Shown here in pieces: positions 24,541 through 38,002 of a stretch of 64,000 nt of DNA (positions are counted from its first letter, which is position 1; each line of letters begins with the position of its first letter). The translations under genes and the position numbers were made by a program. The DNA is taken from the NCBI RefSeq assembly GCF_006345805.1, contig NC_043011.1, positions 28,966,464 to 29,030,463 on the forward strand, given 5' to 3'. Source of the stretch: Octopus sinensis. Its lineage: Eukaryota. The notes under the pieces are model-generated. The model was given only the letters and a program-made list of their open reading frames with translations, ran no database searches and had not been told where the DNA came from.

Positions 24541-27500
24541 AAGTTACTGCTGTTTGCGAAAGTAATCGAGCAACAACTTCCGGGTAATCTGTGGTAAATT
24601 CATTTTTCAACAGCGTGTGGTTTATTCCCTTAGTTGTTCACCTTGGCTGCTGTCTTTTGGATATTTTTCACCACTGTCTTATTTTTGCGTGTAATTATTT
24701 TCGCCACAGGCGCAGAGAATACTCAGTAAACCGAAGTGTGTAGACAAAGGAGGAGATCTGCAGAGTGTGTAATGACAGTAGAGAGACCAGAAATGGTTTG
24801 TTGATCTGTGCTGGTATCTCTCAAATGATGATAAATTGTGTACATAAGGAATAGCGAGAATCAAAAAGATAACTTTATTCTTAATATGTTCTGGTATATT
24901 TGAATATTGAATATGCTAATCGATTACCATTTGGTAATTGTGATACTTGTACAATTGAAGATAATTTTAATAAAGAATGTATTATAGTAGCTGATACTTG
25001 CCTGTTATTTTTTAACATCTCATCATGTATATTATTGTTTGTAGTTTATGTGTGACCCCAATCATGCTGTATTGTCCCCTCTATGTTGGCCCTTAATGTG
25101 TAATAAAAAATTTTTTAAATACTTGTGTTGTTTACATTGTTCATATAAATGCCAGTACCAGGCAGAGGTGATTTCCAGCAGTAAGAATAAATAAATGGAA
25201 ATATGTCGGTGGAACAGGATACTCCTTCAAGACCAGAGTTAGAAACTACAAGTCACCTCTTACGTTCTCAGTGTTGTGATGAGAGTCAAGATACCCTCTT
25301 GTGGGGGGAATGGACTGAACCAAGAGTATATGGTTTGTGTTATTTCATAGTCAAGTTGAAAGTGTCGGTTGGTTTGTTCATTTGGAATATTTGTTGCTTC
25401 GTGAGAGATTGTTGTTCTTATTGCTGCTGCACTATCTTGTTATTGTACCACACTGTTACCGTGTATTGCAGGTCATTATCTCAATAGTGGTGGTACTACT
25501 ATATTGGATACAAACCACATTACAGTATCTGGCGACGAGAGGTTCGAAGCTCATGTAGGTTGTATTTCACCTGCAAACCAAGCATTAAATCCTTTCTTAC
25601 CAGATTGTCAGCCTTATGAAATTCTCTTGCCCATGTTTTTTGCTTCTGCAGCCATCAACATGATGTTCAAGACCAACTGTGTCAATCTTACCAGTTCTGA
25701 GTAGCCTGCAAAGACCATAGGCACAGCTCTTGCCTTTCGTCTCAGAAGGAATGAAAAAGCCAAGGATACAGCCCTTTTGTCCAACCAAATTGTTCAAATA
25801 AAACAGAAAAAAGAAAAAAAAAACAGCCTCTTCTATTCCTGTATATTAATAAGCTGTATACTATAAACTGAGCGTACATCATCTTCAACATTTCTCATAG
25901 CCCAAACCTTATACTAAATATTTTATCCAATCATTTCTCTCCAGAATGGCAACCTCTACAAGGAATCACTGTTTGGAAAAGCCTGCAGATGTTCTCTGAA
26001 CACCATTTTTTCTCTTGCTCATACTATATACAATAAAGCTAACAAGAATTTCAAACAAAGGCACAAAGCAAGAAATTTCATAGGAGGACACAATTAGCCA
26101 ACTATATTGACTAATACATACTTAACTAGTATTTTATTTTATTACCTTCAGAAACATAGGAATGTGAAGTAAAGTGTGTTAAAACTGCTAACCCTTTCAT
26201 AACTTAATTTCTGATAGGTAATCTGTTTCAATTAATCTTTAGTGCCACTCTAGCATGCAGTATACACAGCCATTTACACTTCGGCAGGCTATCTAACTCT
26301 AATTCTGAACCATAGCTCTAACCCTAACCTAACCCATAACAAGGCATGTACACAATATAAACAAAAGGAAAAACAATACAAACAGGTAAAGATTAAATCA
26401 ATTTTAATGCAAAATATTACACTTTGAAATGCACTATAAAATTTCATGGCAGTGTATACACAGTTCGGGTAGAGGTACATATGAGATAATAATCGGGTAG
26501 GTGTACAACACATACAGAAACAGGATACATTGAAAGAAACAAGCAGAGAGTTAAATCAATTTTAATGCAGGATATTACACTTTGAAAAGTACTGTAAGAT
26601 TTCATGGCAGTGACATACACAGTTTGGGCAGAGAAGCATAGAGGGGAAAAAAAAGAAAAAAAAGGCTGGACTAATTGGAAATAAGCAAATCAAAAAGAAA
26701 AAAGCAGGCAGGTGTAAGAAATAAACAGGCAGAGATACATCAACAAACACACATACACAAATACATTTAATCAAAATTTGAAAATCTTGCAAAGCATTGT
26801 AATAACTTTTCGAAAACATTGCACTTTTCATATTTTCTCTGCCACATAAATTCGCAGAGAAAGGAGTCAATCATAGAACGATGTGTACCACACCATCGCT
26901 CATTACTCTGCTTTCCACTTGTTGCGTGTATGTTCCATCATTGAAATTAAACTCGACATTCAATGTCAAAAACTATACCTCTCAATCTCTGGAATGTGTG
27001 AATATGCTTCGCATAGGTCGCTAAATATAGTGGTTCCCGAGAGAATCAAATGGCAGATACATTCTAGTGTGTTGCGATTCCGATAAGGTACTGCATAAAG
27101 AAAAAACTTGTCTGGTCTCATGACACACTCCTCCGAAAAGCACCCTCCCTCAATTATACTTTCTCCTAGAGAAGACAGTATTGTCTAACTCAACAATCTT
27201 CACAGGACCACCTATTTGAACTGGGTTGATGAGTAAATCCTATGCACATATTTCTCAGACATAACTGTTGAAATCCACAATAACAGTAGTCAGTTCCTTG
27301 ACACAAGAGTACAAAAAAATGACTACAGTCCGCAGAGGAAGTGGGATACCTTCCAGCCATGTACCTTTTCTGACGGGTACAGTCTCACTGCAGCCTTTGT
27401 GACTGCACCACCAGTAAAGATTCTCCTAGATGACTTTCTTTTTCATCAAGTGCCCATTTCTACACTTTTTAACTGAACGTATAATCGCCTACTCTGCAAA

Positions 27501-27579
27501 GTACGCTGCCACATCTACCTCGGTTTTAATTGCATCCACCAAATTGCAGAGGCTATATGATTTGGCTACAGCCATACTT

Positions 27580-27755
27580 CCTAATACAAAAAATAAAATA
27601 CAACAGGCAAGTAAACAAAAGTAGATGAAAATTTTGTCAAAAACGTTAAGAGTAAACTGAATTCTACAAGACACATTCAACCAGTATCTGAAGTTTCAAA
27701 CCATTTAGTTAAATAAAATTAATTTTAAAATCTGTAACTGAGATTGAAAAGATCT
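27580..27755. mobile_element. Merlin-like MITE fragment
   Basis: 'acacattcaaccagtatctgaagtttc...gagattgaaaagatct'. Confidence 0.55.
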
Positions 27756-27769
27756 CCAATTTCATTATA

Positions 27770-29163
27770 GTGGGGTGTTGGTCCTACTTAAAAGAGATCC
27801 AGTTTCAGAGAAAAAGTTAATTTTTTCTGACTCAGAGGGTAGGCTGGTCGTCTTGGATCTGACATTCAGTTGTGGTAAGGAGATCAGGCTGGTGGCGGTG
27901 TATGCACCTAGTTTACGTCAGACTGATTATTTTCGAGACCTAGAGAAATTTCTTGGTACGTCAAAATCCATAGTTATGTTAGGGGACTTTAACACTATTG
28001 TCAATGCGAGGGTTGATAGTGTTGGCTCGAACGAAGATAGGAAACCTAACAGTGGCTTCCGGGATCTACTAAGTCGCTTTCAGCTAGTAGATCCCTACAG
28101 ACTGGAATTCCCAGACGCTCAACTGTGGACGTGGTCAAATAGCGACGGGTCTTCCAAATCTTATATAAATAGGTTTTCTATTATAAAAATAGATAAAGAC
28201 ATAGTTAAGTGTCCACAGTTTCACTTGGTCAGTTACAGTGATCACAAGATGGTCACTGGTAAACTGTACCTAGATAAGTTATGTAGTAAGGGAACCGGTT
28301 ACTGGAAACTCAATAAGTCCTTTTTGGCGATTGAGGAGTACAGAAGCTGGATTAAGTTACTAATTCAGAGGGCGTTAACCGGTTCCATTATTAACAACAA
28401 ATAGTGGTTCGCCCTCAAAAGAGCCATAAAATATGAGTCCATTAGCTATAGAATAGGACTAGTAGCTAGAAGGCGTAAGGAAGAAAAGGGGCTAGTTAAG
28501 GCCTTAGAGGAAGCCATAAGATTTGGTGATGGGTCCCAAGTGAGGTTGAAGAGACTGGAATTAAACCAGCATCTCGAAACCAAACACATGAGTTGTATCA
28601 TCAGAGCTAGACTTTGCGCAATGGGGAGCGAGGGGATTAAGGCTGCCGGATGGGCACGAGTTGTGGAAGATCAACGTGGAAACGATTCTACAATTTGGTC
28701 TGTTACGAACAAACAAGGCGTTTTGGTAAACGAACCTGAGGAGATGTGTCGGACTTTTCAGGAGCACTTTGCCCAGCTTTTCAGGGGTAGTGGTGGGCCA
28801 GATGAGAGGGTGGACCTTACGGACTTCCTCGACGGGCTGCTGCGCCTCTCAGGGCAGGATGCGGAGAGCTGTGAAGGGTCAATCAAGCCTGAGGAGGTGA
28901 CTGAGGCCATAACTGACTGTGGCAGAGGTAAGGCGCCGGGACTATATGGTTTACCCTACAAGCTATATAAAAGTATGCCAGACTTGTTCGGGCCCGTACT
29001 GGCCAGCATTTTCGCGAACTGGCAGCAGAATGGGAGGATTCCCAGATCTGTACGCCGGGGAGTGGTGACGCTGATCACGAAGGACCTGGACAAGGAGGAT
29101 AGAATAGATAACTTTAGGCTCATCACCTTGCTGAACGTGGAGGTGAAGATTTTGGCCAAGGTG
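27770..29163 (+). mobile_element. Tx1-like LINE copy A: ORF2 fragment (APE endonuclease to RT start), divergent subfamily
   Basis: 'VAVYAP', 'LGDFN', 'SDHKMV', 'GYWKLN', 'GKAPGLYGLP', 'NFRLITLLNVEVKILAKV'. Confidence 0.9.
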
Positions 29164-29351
29164 TTTCAGAATATTCCCAACACAATCTTTTCCATTTTCT
29201 CCATACTGTTCTTTCCATAGAAACTCATCAAGGTACGAGTCCACCATGGTGGAATGTACCCCCATCATCATTTTAAATTTTCTTTTTGCATTCTTCCAGT
29301 AACGTTCCACAGAATTTGTGTGTACACCTGTTAGCGGATCCACAAAATTCC
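29164..29351 (-). pseudogene. Merlin / IS1595(ISXO2)-family DDE transposase C-terminal fragment
   Basis: 'NFVDPLTGVHTNSVERYWKNAKRKFK...DSYLDEFLWKEQYG' matches the characteristic 'NFVDP.TG.HTN.IE..W...K...YLDEF.W' motif. Confidence 0.85.
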
Positions 29352-29531
29352 GGGACCACTCTGCGATACAAGTACCCGTTTCTTATACTCCAATAATGTT
29401 TTACTTCCTTTACATAATTGTTTCTTGAATGTATGTTTATATTTCAATGAAACAAGATATTACTTATACTGGGCATCAAACAACTAGTCATACTACACTG
29501 GTATAAATACAGATATCGTGTGTACATGCTG

Positions 29532-29990
29532 TATTTGCCCCCCCCCCCTCCATTGACAACTGGTGCTGGCTACTTTTCATCTTTGTAAAAAAATAGAAAC
29601 CATTGTGCGTAATTTGGGGGAAGATTTTGCTGTTATATCTAGCATGCCTAACGATCATGTAAGATATTCTTTTGTTGGCTCGTTTTGTGTAGTAAATGTA
29701 TTACAGTAAATACCTTTATCTGTAAACTTTCGAATGAAACTGGAATTGTCACCTTTGTTCCTTTTGCCTTTACTGTTGTATTAAAAAAGGCGATAATTTT
29801 TAAATTTCATAATACTTAAAGAAATTTAAGCATTAAATTAACCACATCATTTAATTAGAAATAATTAGTTGTAGTAGTTGAGCTATAATGTATATGATAA
29901 TATTTAGAGAGAAATTAATATTTCAATGTAGTATTAGATGCGACATCAGTGAACTTACAATGCAAATATTTTATATATGAGATTGGTGAA
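29532..29990 (+). promoter_or_regulatory. Orphan U1 upstream/promoter region with no U1 gene; fused to LINE copy B
   Basis: Aligns continuously with 18150-18604 (e.g. 'atctagcatgcctaacgatcatgtaagat', 'ttacaatgcaaatat', 'gagattggtgaa'); homology stops at the equivalent of -13. Confidence 0.88.
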
Positions 29991-32900
29991 GTCAGAACCT
30001 CAGTGTCGGTTGCTTTATTTTTGTTGCGCGTATATTTCAATTGGTGTCTATTTGTTAGTGTGAGTTCGTCTCTGTGTTTTTTGTGTCATTTGAACTGTTG
30101 TCTTGTGACATACAGTAATTTTCGCCCTAAGGGGCAGAAAATTCCTGCATTTATAATTATTTCTTGTCAGTTGCGACAAGGTTATTTATTTTTTGGATAC
30201 GATGGAGTGTGACCTTGTGTCAAAAAAGGATTTTCCCCGAGATGGGAACAGTTAAAAATATCGGAAACGAAACGGTCAACAAGGACAAACAAAGCTTTTC
30301 AGCTGCAGTAGGTGGCAAAGTTATCGAACTGGAAGTAGTAATGGACAAGCTCTTCCAGTTCAGACAATACATTGTAAAAAAATGGCAAAGAGACTAAGCT
30401 GGTACCGCCCCTGGAAACTGTCCAGGCTATACGAGAGAAAACTGTCGTATACAAGGTATTCAACATCAAGGAGAAGAAAATTGCAGAGGTGAAGAACGAA
30501 GTGGTGGGGCGATGCATGGCTCCCATCTGGAACAAAGTACGCTATGTTAGCCGAGATGTGCGAAGTGCTACAGTTGAAGCGCAATTCGAGTCGGCTAACG
30601 TAGCAAAGGAGATATCCACGAAGACTCTCAAAAATGATGAAATTATGTTGTTACCGACTTATTTAGGCCGGCGAACTGCTAAAATTAGTTGAGGACATAC
30701 CTGCCGGTTATGATGTGATGTGGGTAGCAACAGCAGTCGTGTATGACATGGAAGCTAAGGTATTAATACTAAGCATGAGGATGAAAGAAGAGACGAACTG
30801 GAAGGGTCAGAGTTTGGAGATGGTTGTTCAAGGGGACAACAAAACCCTTGAAAGTTTGCCCGACAGGATCAATGTAGGGGAGGGACACACAATTCGTGTG
30901 TCGGTGGAGGGACGTAGGCCCAGATGCTTCAAGTGTGGGCAGAAAGGCCATGTTCGCTCTACTTGTACCAAAAAAAAAAAACAACAGTTGAAGTCCCCCC
31001 CAAAAAAACTGCTGTGAGGCAGGAAAACGATGAAAACGAAAAGAAAAAACAAATTGAAAAACAGAAGGAGGAGCAAAAAGAAAATGGAAGAAAGAATGAA
31101 GAACAGAAAAAAGAAGAGAAAAAACAAAAGGAAAGCGAACAGGTGGAATTTGTAACGGTGACGTACAAACGTAAAAAAGAAAGCACCCCAGACTCCCCTC
31201 CCCAAACAAAAAGAAAAACTGCAAGCACACATGAACAACAGCAAAAAATTCCCCAACCCCTCCCAGCTAACACTACCTTCGTAGGTCAGCATTTTAATAA
31301 ACCCCATCCCCCTGTGTTAAAAGGTATAAAAAAATCGGAAAAAATTATATCGTTTAATGAGAAGAACAAGAGAGTTTTAAGACTAATCAAGGCTAATAGC
31401 CGCATGAAAATTCTTAAAATAACTGGAGGCGAGCCCGACGCGCGATATGCAAAAGTCGGAGAGGAGGAGTTTAAAGTAAAGCTCCTCCAGGAACATTTGG
31501 TAAACAAAAACATCAGATGTTACCCAGGAGGCAATAGCTGGGAAGTTAATCATCAGCCCGGCAGCCACTCCTAACCAGAGACCAGTGGTAACGCCGGTGA
31601 AAAGCCCAGCAGCCTCGGGGAGTGAGAGGGAAGCTGGCAGACATAAACTGCCATGACCCCTCTCTCAACCATAAATAATTTATTTTCTTTTACTCAATGA
31701 TTAAGTTAGGTTGTTTGAATGTGCGTGGAATGGGGTCGAGATAGAAACAAGCTTGTTTTCTGAACGACCTCATGACACGGAATAGATGTTATTGTAACCG
31801 AGTCCAAGATGAGTGGACCTCAAGCGTTCTTGCCTCTTCTGTGTGGTTACGAGAAATTTATTTCTCCTAGCCGAGGAGGGGGAAGGGGTGTGGCAGTCTT
31901 TATCAGGAAGAGCTTGGACTTACAGATAAGTACCCTCTTTCTGGACCCAAAAGGCAAGCTGGTTGTACTAGATGTGACTCACATGAGTAAACAGTCCTTC
32001 AGGTTGGTAGCTGCCCACGCTCCTGAGAAGTGTAGGCAGTCTGGTTTTTACCGGAACCTGGAGCACTTTCTGGTGACGTCTAAAACGTTAGTTTTGGTAG
32101 GGGACTTCAACACAGTTTTGGTAGGGGACTTCAACACTATCCTCAATGCGCGGGTCGATAGTGTGGGCTCAACTGATAGGAAAGGGAATCCTTGCCTCAA
32201 GGGTCTACTAGAGAGCTATAATCTAGTAGACCATTACTGACTGGATGAGCCGAACGTTCCACAGTGGACATGGAGTAACAACGACGGCTCACACAGATCG
32301 TACCTAGATAGGGTATTCATTAAGGAAAGAGGTAAGAATAGAGTTAGTTGTCCACGGATCACAAACCTGTGACGTGTGAGGTACACACAGATAAATGTCA
32401 TAGATAGGGACTCGGATAGTGGAAAATGAACAAGTCTATTATGACTTGTGAAGCTTTCCGTACCTGGATTACGGAGTTAGTTCAGAGGGCATTATGTGGT
32501 ACCATCATTAACAATAGATGGTGGTACACCTTCAACAGAGCCATTCGTTCAGAGTCCATTAGATTTAGCAAGCAGCTAAGTTTAGATAGGACTAGAATAG
32601 AGGGCGATTTAGTTAAGAACTTAGATGAGACAATGGAATCTGGCTCTACATCTAGAGTGTTGGCGGTGAGAACAGTCTTGTGCCGCCACCTCAACGCCAA
32701 GCATGAAAGCTGCAGAGTCAGAGCCAAGCTACGCGCAGGGAAATGAGAAGGTTGGAGAGGTTGGGAGGCAATCCTAATGAAATTGGATGCGGTAAGTCTG
32801 TTTCTGCCTATGCTGATGACGTCACCTTCATCGTGTCCAACGAAGCACAGCTACCTCGTGTAGAAGGTGCTCTCCGAGGATACGAAGCGGTGACAGGGGC

Positions 32901-34365
32901 AAAAGTTAACAAGGACAAGTCCACCGGTTTGGGCCTTGGAACCTGGAGGAACAAGCCGATATCGTCCAGTGTTGTTGGACACTGGACAGATGGTCCTGTT
33001 AAATTGCTTGGAGTTTGGTTTGGTTCAGATTCCCAGACGGAGAAAAATTGGAGCGAGGTAGTGAACAAGGTAGAAGCATTAGTACGGAAGTGGTCCGGAA
33101 GGCATCTTTCCTTGAAAGGGAGGGCGGAGGCATTACAGGTGTTTATAGCATCCGTCATCACCTACCACCTGACTGTCGTGCCTTGCCCCAATTTGTGGCT
33201 AAGCAAGTTGGAACGACTCCTTTTCTGCTTTTTGTGGAAGGGAGGAAAGCCACTTGTAAGGCGCTCCGTGTGTTGCCAGGAACCGCTAAAGGGTGGGCTA
33301 CGGATGCCTTGGCTAATGATGTGTAGGCATGCGTTGAGGCTGAGACATCTCTGGTGCCACCAGGAGGGTGATAACGTGTGTAGTCCACTGGCAGAGGAAT
33401 TCTTCCCGCGACCGGATGCTTTGGAGAGATTTAAACCCGGTTTCATTAAAAGACGGAACCTGACTTTATGACAGAAGGAGTGCCAACAGGCACTCTGGCT
33501 GATCCACAAGATGGGCAAGGCCGGCAGCGGGAATACCACCTCGGTGTTCTATAAAGGGCTGGTAGAGGCAAAAGATGACGACGTCCTAGGAGGGGCTCTG
33601 GGGTTCGATGAGAATCAACTCTCCAACCTGTTAAGAAGACTTTCAGGCTGGGGTATTTGGATAATTATCAAAAATCCCTGACTTGGCAGTGCTATAGGAA
33701 TGCCTTACCTGTTCATGGTAAGTTATTTAGGTACAGAATGTCAGTGCCACCGCCGTGTCCAAGATGTGGGTTGGACGATGAAACCGTTCAACACGCGTTT
33801 GTACATTGTCAGGAGCTGTCAAGCTTGATAAGTTACGTAGAACACGTGTTGTTGCATCTGGGACGAGTACAGCTGTCAGCTGGTTCTATAATAAAGATGA
33901 TACCGCCAACTGGACTCTAAAAGGAAGGTGAGGCTTGTTTTCACTGTACGGTTGCTGTACTGAAAGAGTGTGTGTGGAGAACCAGAATGGAAGGTTTTGT
34001 GACAGGGTGCTTTGTCTCTGGCCCCGGTCTGTTAAACTACTTCAGATTTCATCTGAAGAGCAAGATGGAGTTGGAGAGGAGGAACCTGCCACAGAAAGAG
34101 TATGTGAAATGTTGGAAGGATGTGATAAGAAAGGTGGGTGTGAGTAACCCAGCTTAATCATCAATGAAAGGAGAAAATAGTTGCCGGGTAAAAGTCTGTA
34201 CTGTTCTATACTTACCTGGCTAATTAAAAAAAAAAATTTAAAGTGTAGTATTATATTATTCTAAATTTTTAAATACCATACGAACTACATAACTTTTTTG
34301 TAATTGTGTTTTGTCCTGTAGTGTCCTATCTTTGTATCGATTTTTATGATCATAATAAAGATTTT
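29991..34365 (+). mobile_element. Tx1-like LINE copy B: 5'UTR, ORF1 (ATG 30202), ORF2 (~31697-34157, most of RT deleted near 32745), 3'UTR ending AATAAAGATTTT
   Basis: ORF1 CCHC knuckle CFKCGQKGHVRSTC; EN motifs VGDFN; RT 'AYADDV'; C-terminal zinc finger CPRCGLDDETVQHAFVHC; several stops. Confidence 0.92.
34208..34220 (+). other. Perfect 13-nt copy of the U1 5' end (ATACTTACCTGGC) in the 3' region of copy B
   Basis: Identical to 14761-14773. Confidence 0.8.
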
Positions 34366-34380
34366 ATACTAACCTGTCAC
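34366..34380 (+). other. Degenerate U1 5'-end remnant between copies B and C (putative TSD)
   Basis: ATACTAACCTGTCAC matches U1 nt 1-15 at 13/15 and is preceded by AAAGATTTT as at 43664-43672. Confidence 0.7.
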
Positions 34381-36982
34381 TTGTCTTGGGAATCCTTTTT
34401 CATCTGCGAATCAAGAAATTGGCTGCCTATTTTTGTTAAGTGAGTTCGTTTTTTGCTCATTGTTGTTTTGTGTTTCTCACGTTAATTTGAACTATTGTCC
34501 GTTGTGTGACAATTTTCGCCCTACAGGGCTGAAAATTCTGTTTATGAACATTTTTATTACCTTTGTGGTAATTTTTGGAAAATTTGTTAAAACTTGTTTC
34601 TTGTCGTAATTTGACAAATGGAATTCGATTTAACGTCGAAAAAAGACTTCCCTGTGATGGGAAAAGGCAAACATAATAAGGATGTCGAGTTTTGAAAACA
34701 GTCTTTTTCGGCCGCAGTGGGCAGAACCGTAACGGAAGTGGAATTCAAAATAGAACAGTTGTTTGAATACCGGAACTTGGTCAAAAAGGAAGGCAACGAA
34801 ATAAAACTTGTACCGCCGCAAGTGATATTACAAGAGATAAAGGCCAAGACAGTTGTGTACAAGGTGTACAGTATCAAGGAGAAAAAAATAAGGTGTTGAA
34901 TAAAATTCGCTACATCAGTCGAGGTGCCACCGTTGAAGCACATTTCGACTTGGCTGATGTGGCAAAGGAGATTTCGTCAATGACTTTAAAAAATGAGGAT
35001 ATTATGTTATTACCCACCTATATGGGCAAAAGAACAGTAAAACTTTATGTGGAAGATATACCTATAGGATACAATGTAATGTGGGCAGCAGCAGTGGTTC
35101 TGCATGACATAGAGCAGAAAGTCTCAATTCTGCAGATGAAAAGGAAAGAGGTAAACTGGAAGGGACAAGCACTCGAGCTCCTCGTTCAAGCCGAGAATAA
35201 TGTACTGGAAAACCTGCCCGATTGGCTATTTATTGATGAGCGACTTTCAATGAGAGTAGCAGTGGATGGGCGGAAACCCAAGTGTTTCAAATGTGGTGAA
35301 AAGGGTCACGTCTGCTCCAACTGCGTAAAAAAAAGAAAATCAGTGAAGCCCCTCCTCAAAGTGCTTCAAATACAGAAAAAGAGGAGGGGAAAAAGGATCC
35401 CAAGACTGCAACAAGGGATAAAACCGGAACAGAAGAAAAGCAAGATAAAACGCAAGAACCAATGAATTTCACACAAGTAACATACAAAAGAAAAAAAGAA
35501 AATACCCTGGACTCCCCACCCCAAACAAAGAAAAAAACAGCAAACACTGCAGAGACACATCCAAAACAAATTCCCCAGTCCTATCCCCAGTTCGCCAAGC
35601 CCCACCCCATAAAACAAGATCCAAAAAATTGTTAAAAAAAGAATGAAAGAATTGTGGCATTCGATGAGAGGAACAATAGAGTGTTCAAACACTTCAAATT
35701 CTCAAAACTTAAGTTATTTAGCAAGTCTGCAGACACCAAGTCAACCACTCGTTTTGCTAAAATAAAGACGAGTGGAAAAAGAAAACTCTTCAAGAACATT
35801 TGAAAAATAATTACATTAGAGATGTAAGTAACGAAATACTGGAGGGCAAACTAACTATAACCCCGGCAACCACACCTACCCAGAGATGTGGCAACGCCGG
35901 TTAAGAGCCCTGCAGTTACGACCATAAGGGAGGAAGAAGAGGAAGCATGCAGACTCAAACTGCCATGCTCCCTGTCCCAATCATAAGTAAAATTTTTTTT
36001 CTCCGTCAATGGTCAAGTTGTGAATGTGCATGGAATGGGGTTGAAATGGAAACAAATTTGTTTCCTGCATGACCTCACGACACGCGGAGTGGATGTGGCT
36101 AAATGAGTCCAAGATGAGCGGGGCCCAAGCGTTCTCGCCTCTTCTGAATGGTTTCGAGAAATTTATTTCTCCTAGCCAAGGAAGAGGAAGGGGTGTGGCA
36201 GTCCTTATCAGGAAGAGCTTGGACTTGCAGGTAAGTACTATCTTTCTGGACTCAGAAGGTAGGCTGGTCGTTCTGGATGTGACACATGTAAGTAACAGTC
36301 CTTCAGGTTGGTGGCTGTCTATGCTCCTAACGAGTGTGGGCAGTTGGGTTTTTTTGGGGACCTGGAGCACTTTTTAGCGACGTCGAAAATGGTAGTTTTG
36401 GTAGGGGACTTTAACACTATCCTCGATGTACGGATCAATAGTGTTGGTTCCACTGATAGGAAGGGGAATCCTAGCCTCAAAGGTCTACTAGAGAGCTTTA
36501 ATCGAGTAGACCATTACTGACTGGATGAGCTGAATGTTCCACAGTGGACGTGGAGTAACAATGACAGTTCAAAAAGATTGTATATAGATAGGGTACTCAT
36601 TAGGAAAAGAGATAAGGATATGTTTAGTTGTCCAGTTTCACATTGTGCCTTCAACGGATCACAAATTTGTGACTTGTGAGGTGCAATTAGATAAGTGTCA
36701 TAGACAGGGACCCTCGAAGGGTAGAGCGGAGGTGGTGCAGGTGTTTATAGCATCTGTAATCACCTACCACCTGTTTGTTGTACCTGCCCCGATTTTTGTC
36801 TAAACAAGCTGGTACGACTCTTCCACTTTTTGTGGAGAGGGGGAAAGCCACTTGTGAGGTGCCCCGTGTGCTGTCAGGAACCACTAAAGGTGGCTTGGGG
36901 ATACCATGGCTAATGATGCACAGACATGCATTGAGGCTGACACATCTCTGGTGCCACCTGGAGGGTGATAAGGTGTGGAGCC
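34381..36982 (+). mobile_element. Tx1-like LINE copy C: 5'UTR, ORF1 (ATG 34618), EN, deletion at ~36715 into the post-RT region, 3'-truncated
   Basis: 'MEFDLTSKKDFPVMG', CFKCGEKGHVCSNC, EN motifs. Confidence 0.9.
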
Positions 36983-38002
36983 AACAAAAGGAAAAAATCC
37001 AACACCCCGGACTCCCCACCCCAAACAAAAAGAAAAATAAATGCAGACGAACAACACAAAAAAATTTTCCAAACCCACCCTGCTGGTACTACGTTTGTAG
37101 GACAGCATTTCATTAAACTCCAACCCCCAACTTTAAAAGGTTTTAAAAAAACAGATAAGTGTATAGCATATAATGCGAAAAATGAGAGAGTGGTGTGGTT
37201 TATAAAAGCAAGATCTCACATCAAATGTTTTAAAACCACAAAAAAAGACCCTGAATGGAAATACGCAAAGGTCGGCGAGGAAGAGAGACTCTTCCAACTG
37301 CATGTGAAGGACAATCTCATCAAAGATGTCACCCAGGAGGTGATGGCTGGGAAAGTGCACATCAGCCCGGCAGCCACTCCATCCCAGAGCCCGGTGGCAA
37401 CGCCGGTGAAATGCCCAGCAACAACGGAGAGTGTGGGGGAGGCAGGCAGACATAAGCTGCCATGCTCCCTCTCACAACCGTAAGTAGAAAACTTTCTTCT
37501 TTCATTGATGATTAAGTTGGGCTGTATAAATATGCGTGGAATGGGGTCGAAATGGAAACAGGCCTGTTTGCTGAACGACCTCACGACACACAGAATAGAT
37601 GTAGCCATTGTCACCGAGGCCAAGATGAGAGGACTACAAGCATTCTCGCCTCTTCTGAATGGTTACGAGAAATTTATTTCTCCTAGCCGAGGAGGAAGTG
37701 CAGGCGTGGCAGTCCTTATCAGGAAGAACTTGGACTTACAGGTAAGTACTGTCTTTCTGGAACCAGAAGGCAGGATGGTTGTACTAGATGTGACTCATAT
37801 GAGTAAACAGTCCTTCAGGTTGGTAGCTGTCCATGCCCCTAAGGAATGTAGGCAGTCTGGTTTTTACCGGGACCTGGAGCACTTTCTATTGGCGTCTAAA
37901 ACGTTAGTTTTGGTAGGGGACATCAATACTATCCTTGATGCACGGGTCGATAGTGTGGGCTCAACTGATAGGAAAGAGAATCCTTGACTCAAGGGTCTAC
38001 TA
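36983..38002 (+). mobile_element. Tx1-like LINE copy D: ORF1 3' half plus EN N-terminus
   Basis: ORFs 36965-37483 and 37505-37987. Confidence 0.9.

Noticed and set aside
25200-25560. Possible Penelope 3' end with a hammerhead-like 'ctggcgacgagaggttcgaagc'
   Set aside because: Too degenerate: two core mismatches and no convincing protein motif.
30769-31307. F/L/S-rich minus-strand ORFs across the LINE array
   Set aside because: Antisense shadows of the A-rich K/E linker of ORF1.
37480-37516. ORF1-ORF2 fusion by splicing from the GTAAGT at the ORF1 stop to the nearest AG
   Set aside because: The intron would be only 37 nt and the join is out of frame (CCT TGG GCT GTA TAA); copy H also gives an immediate stop.
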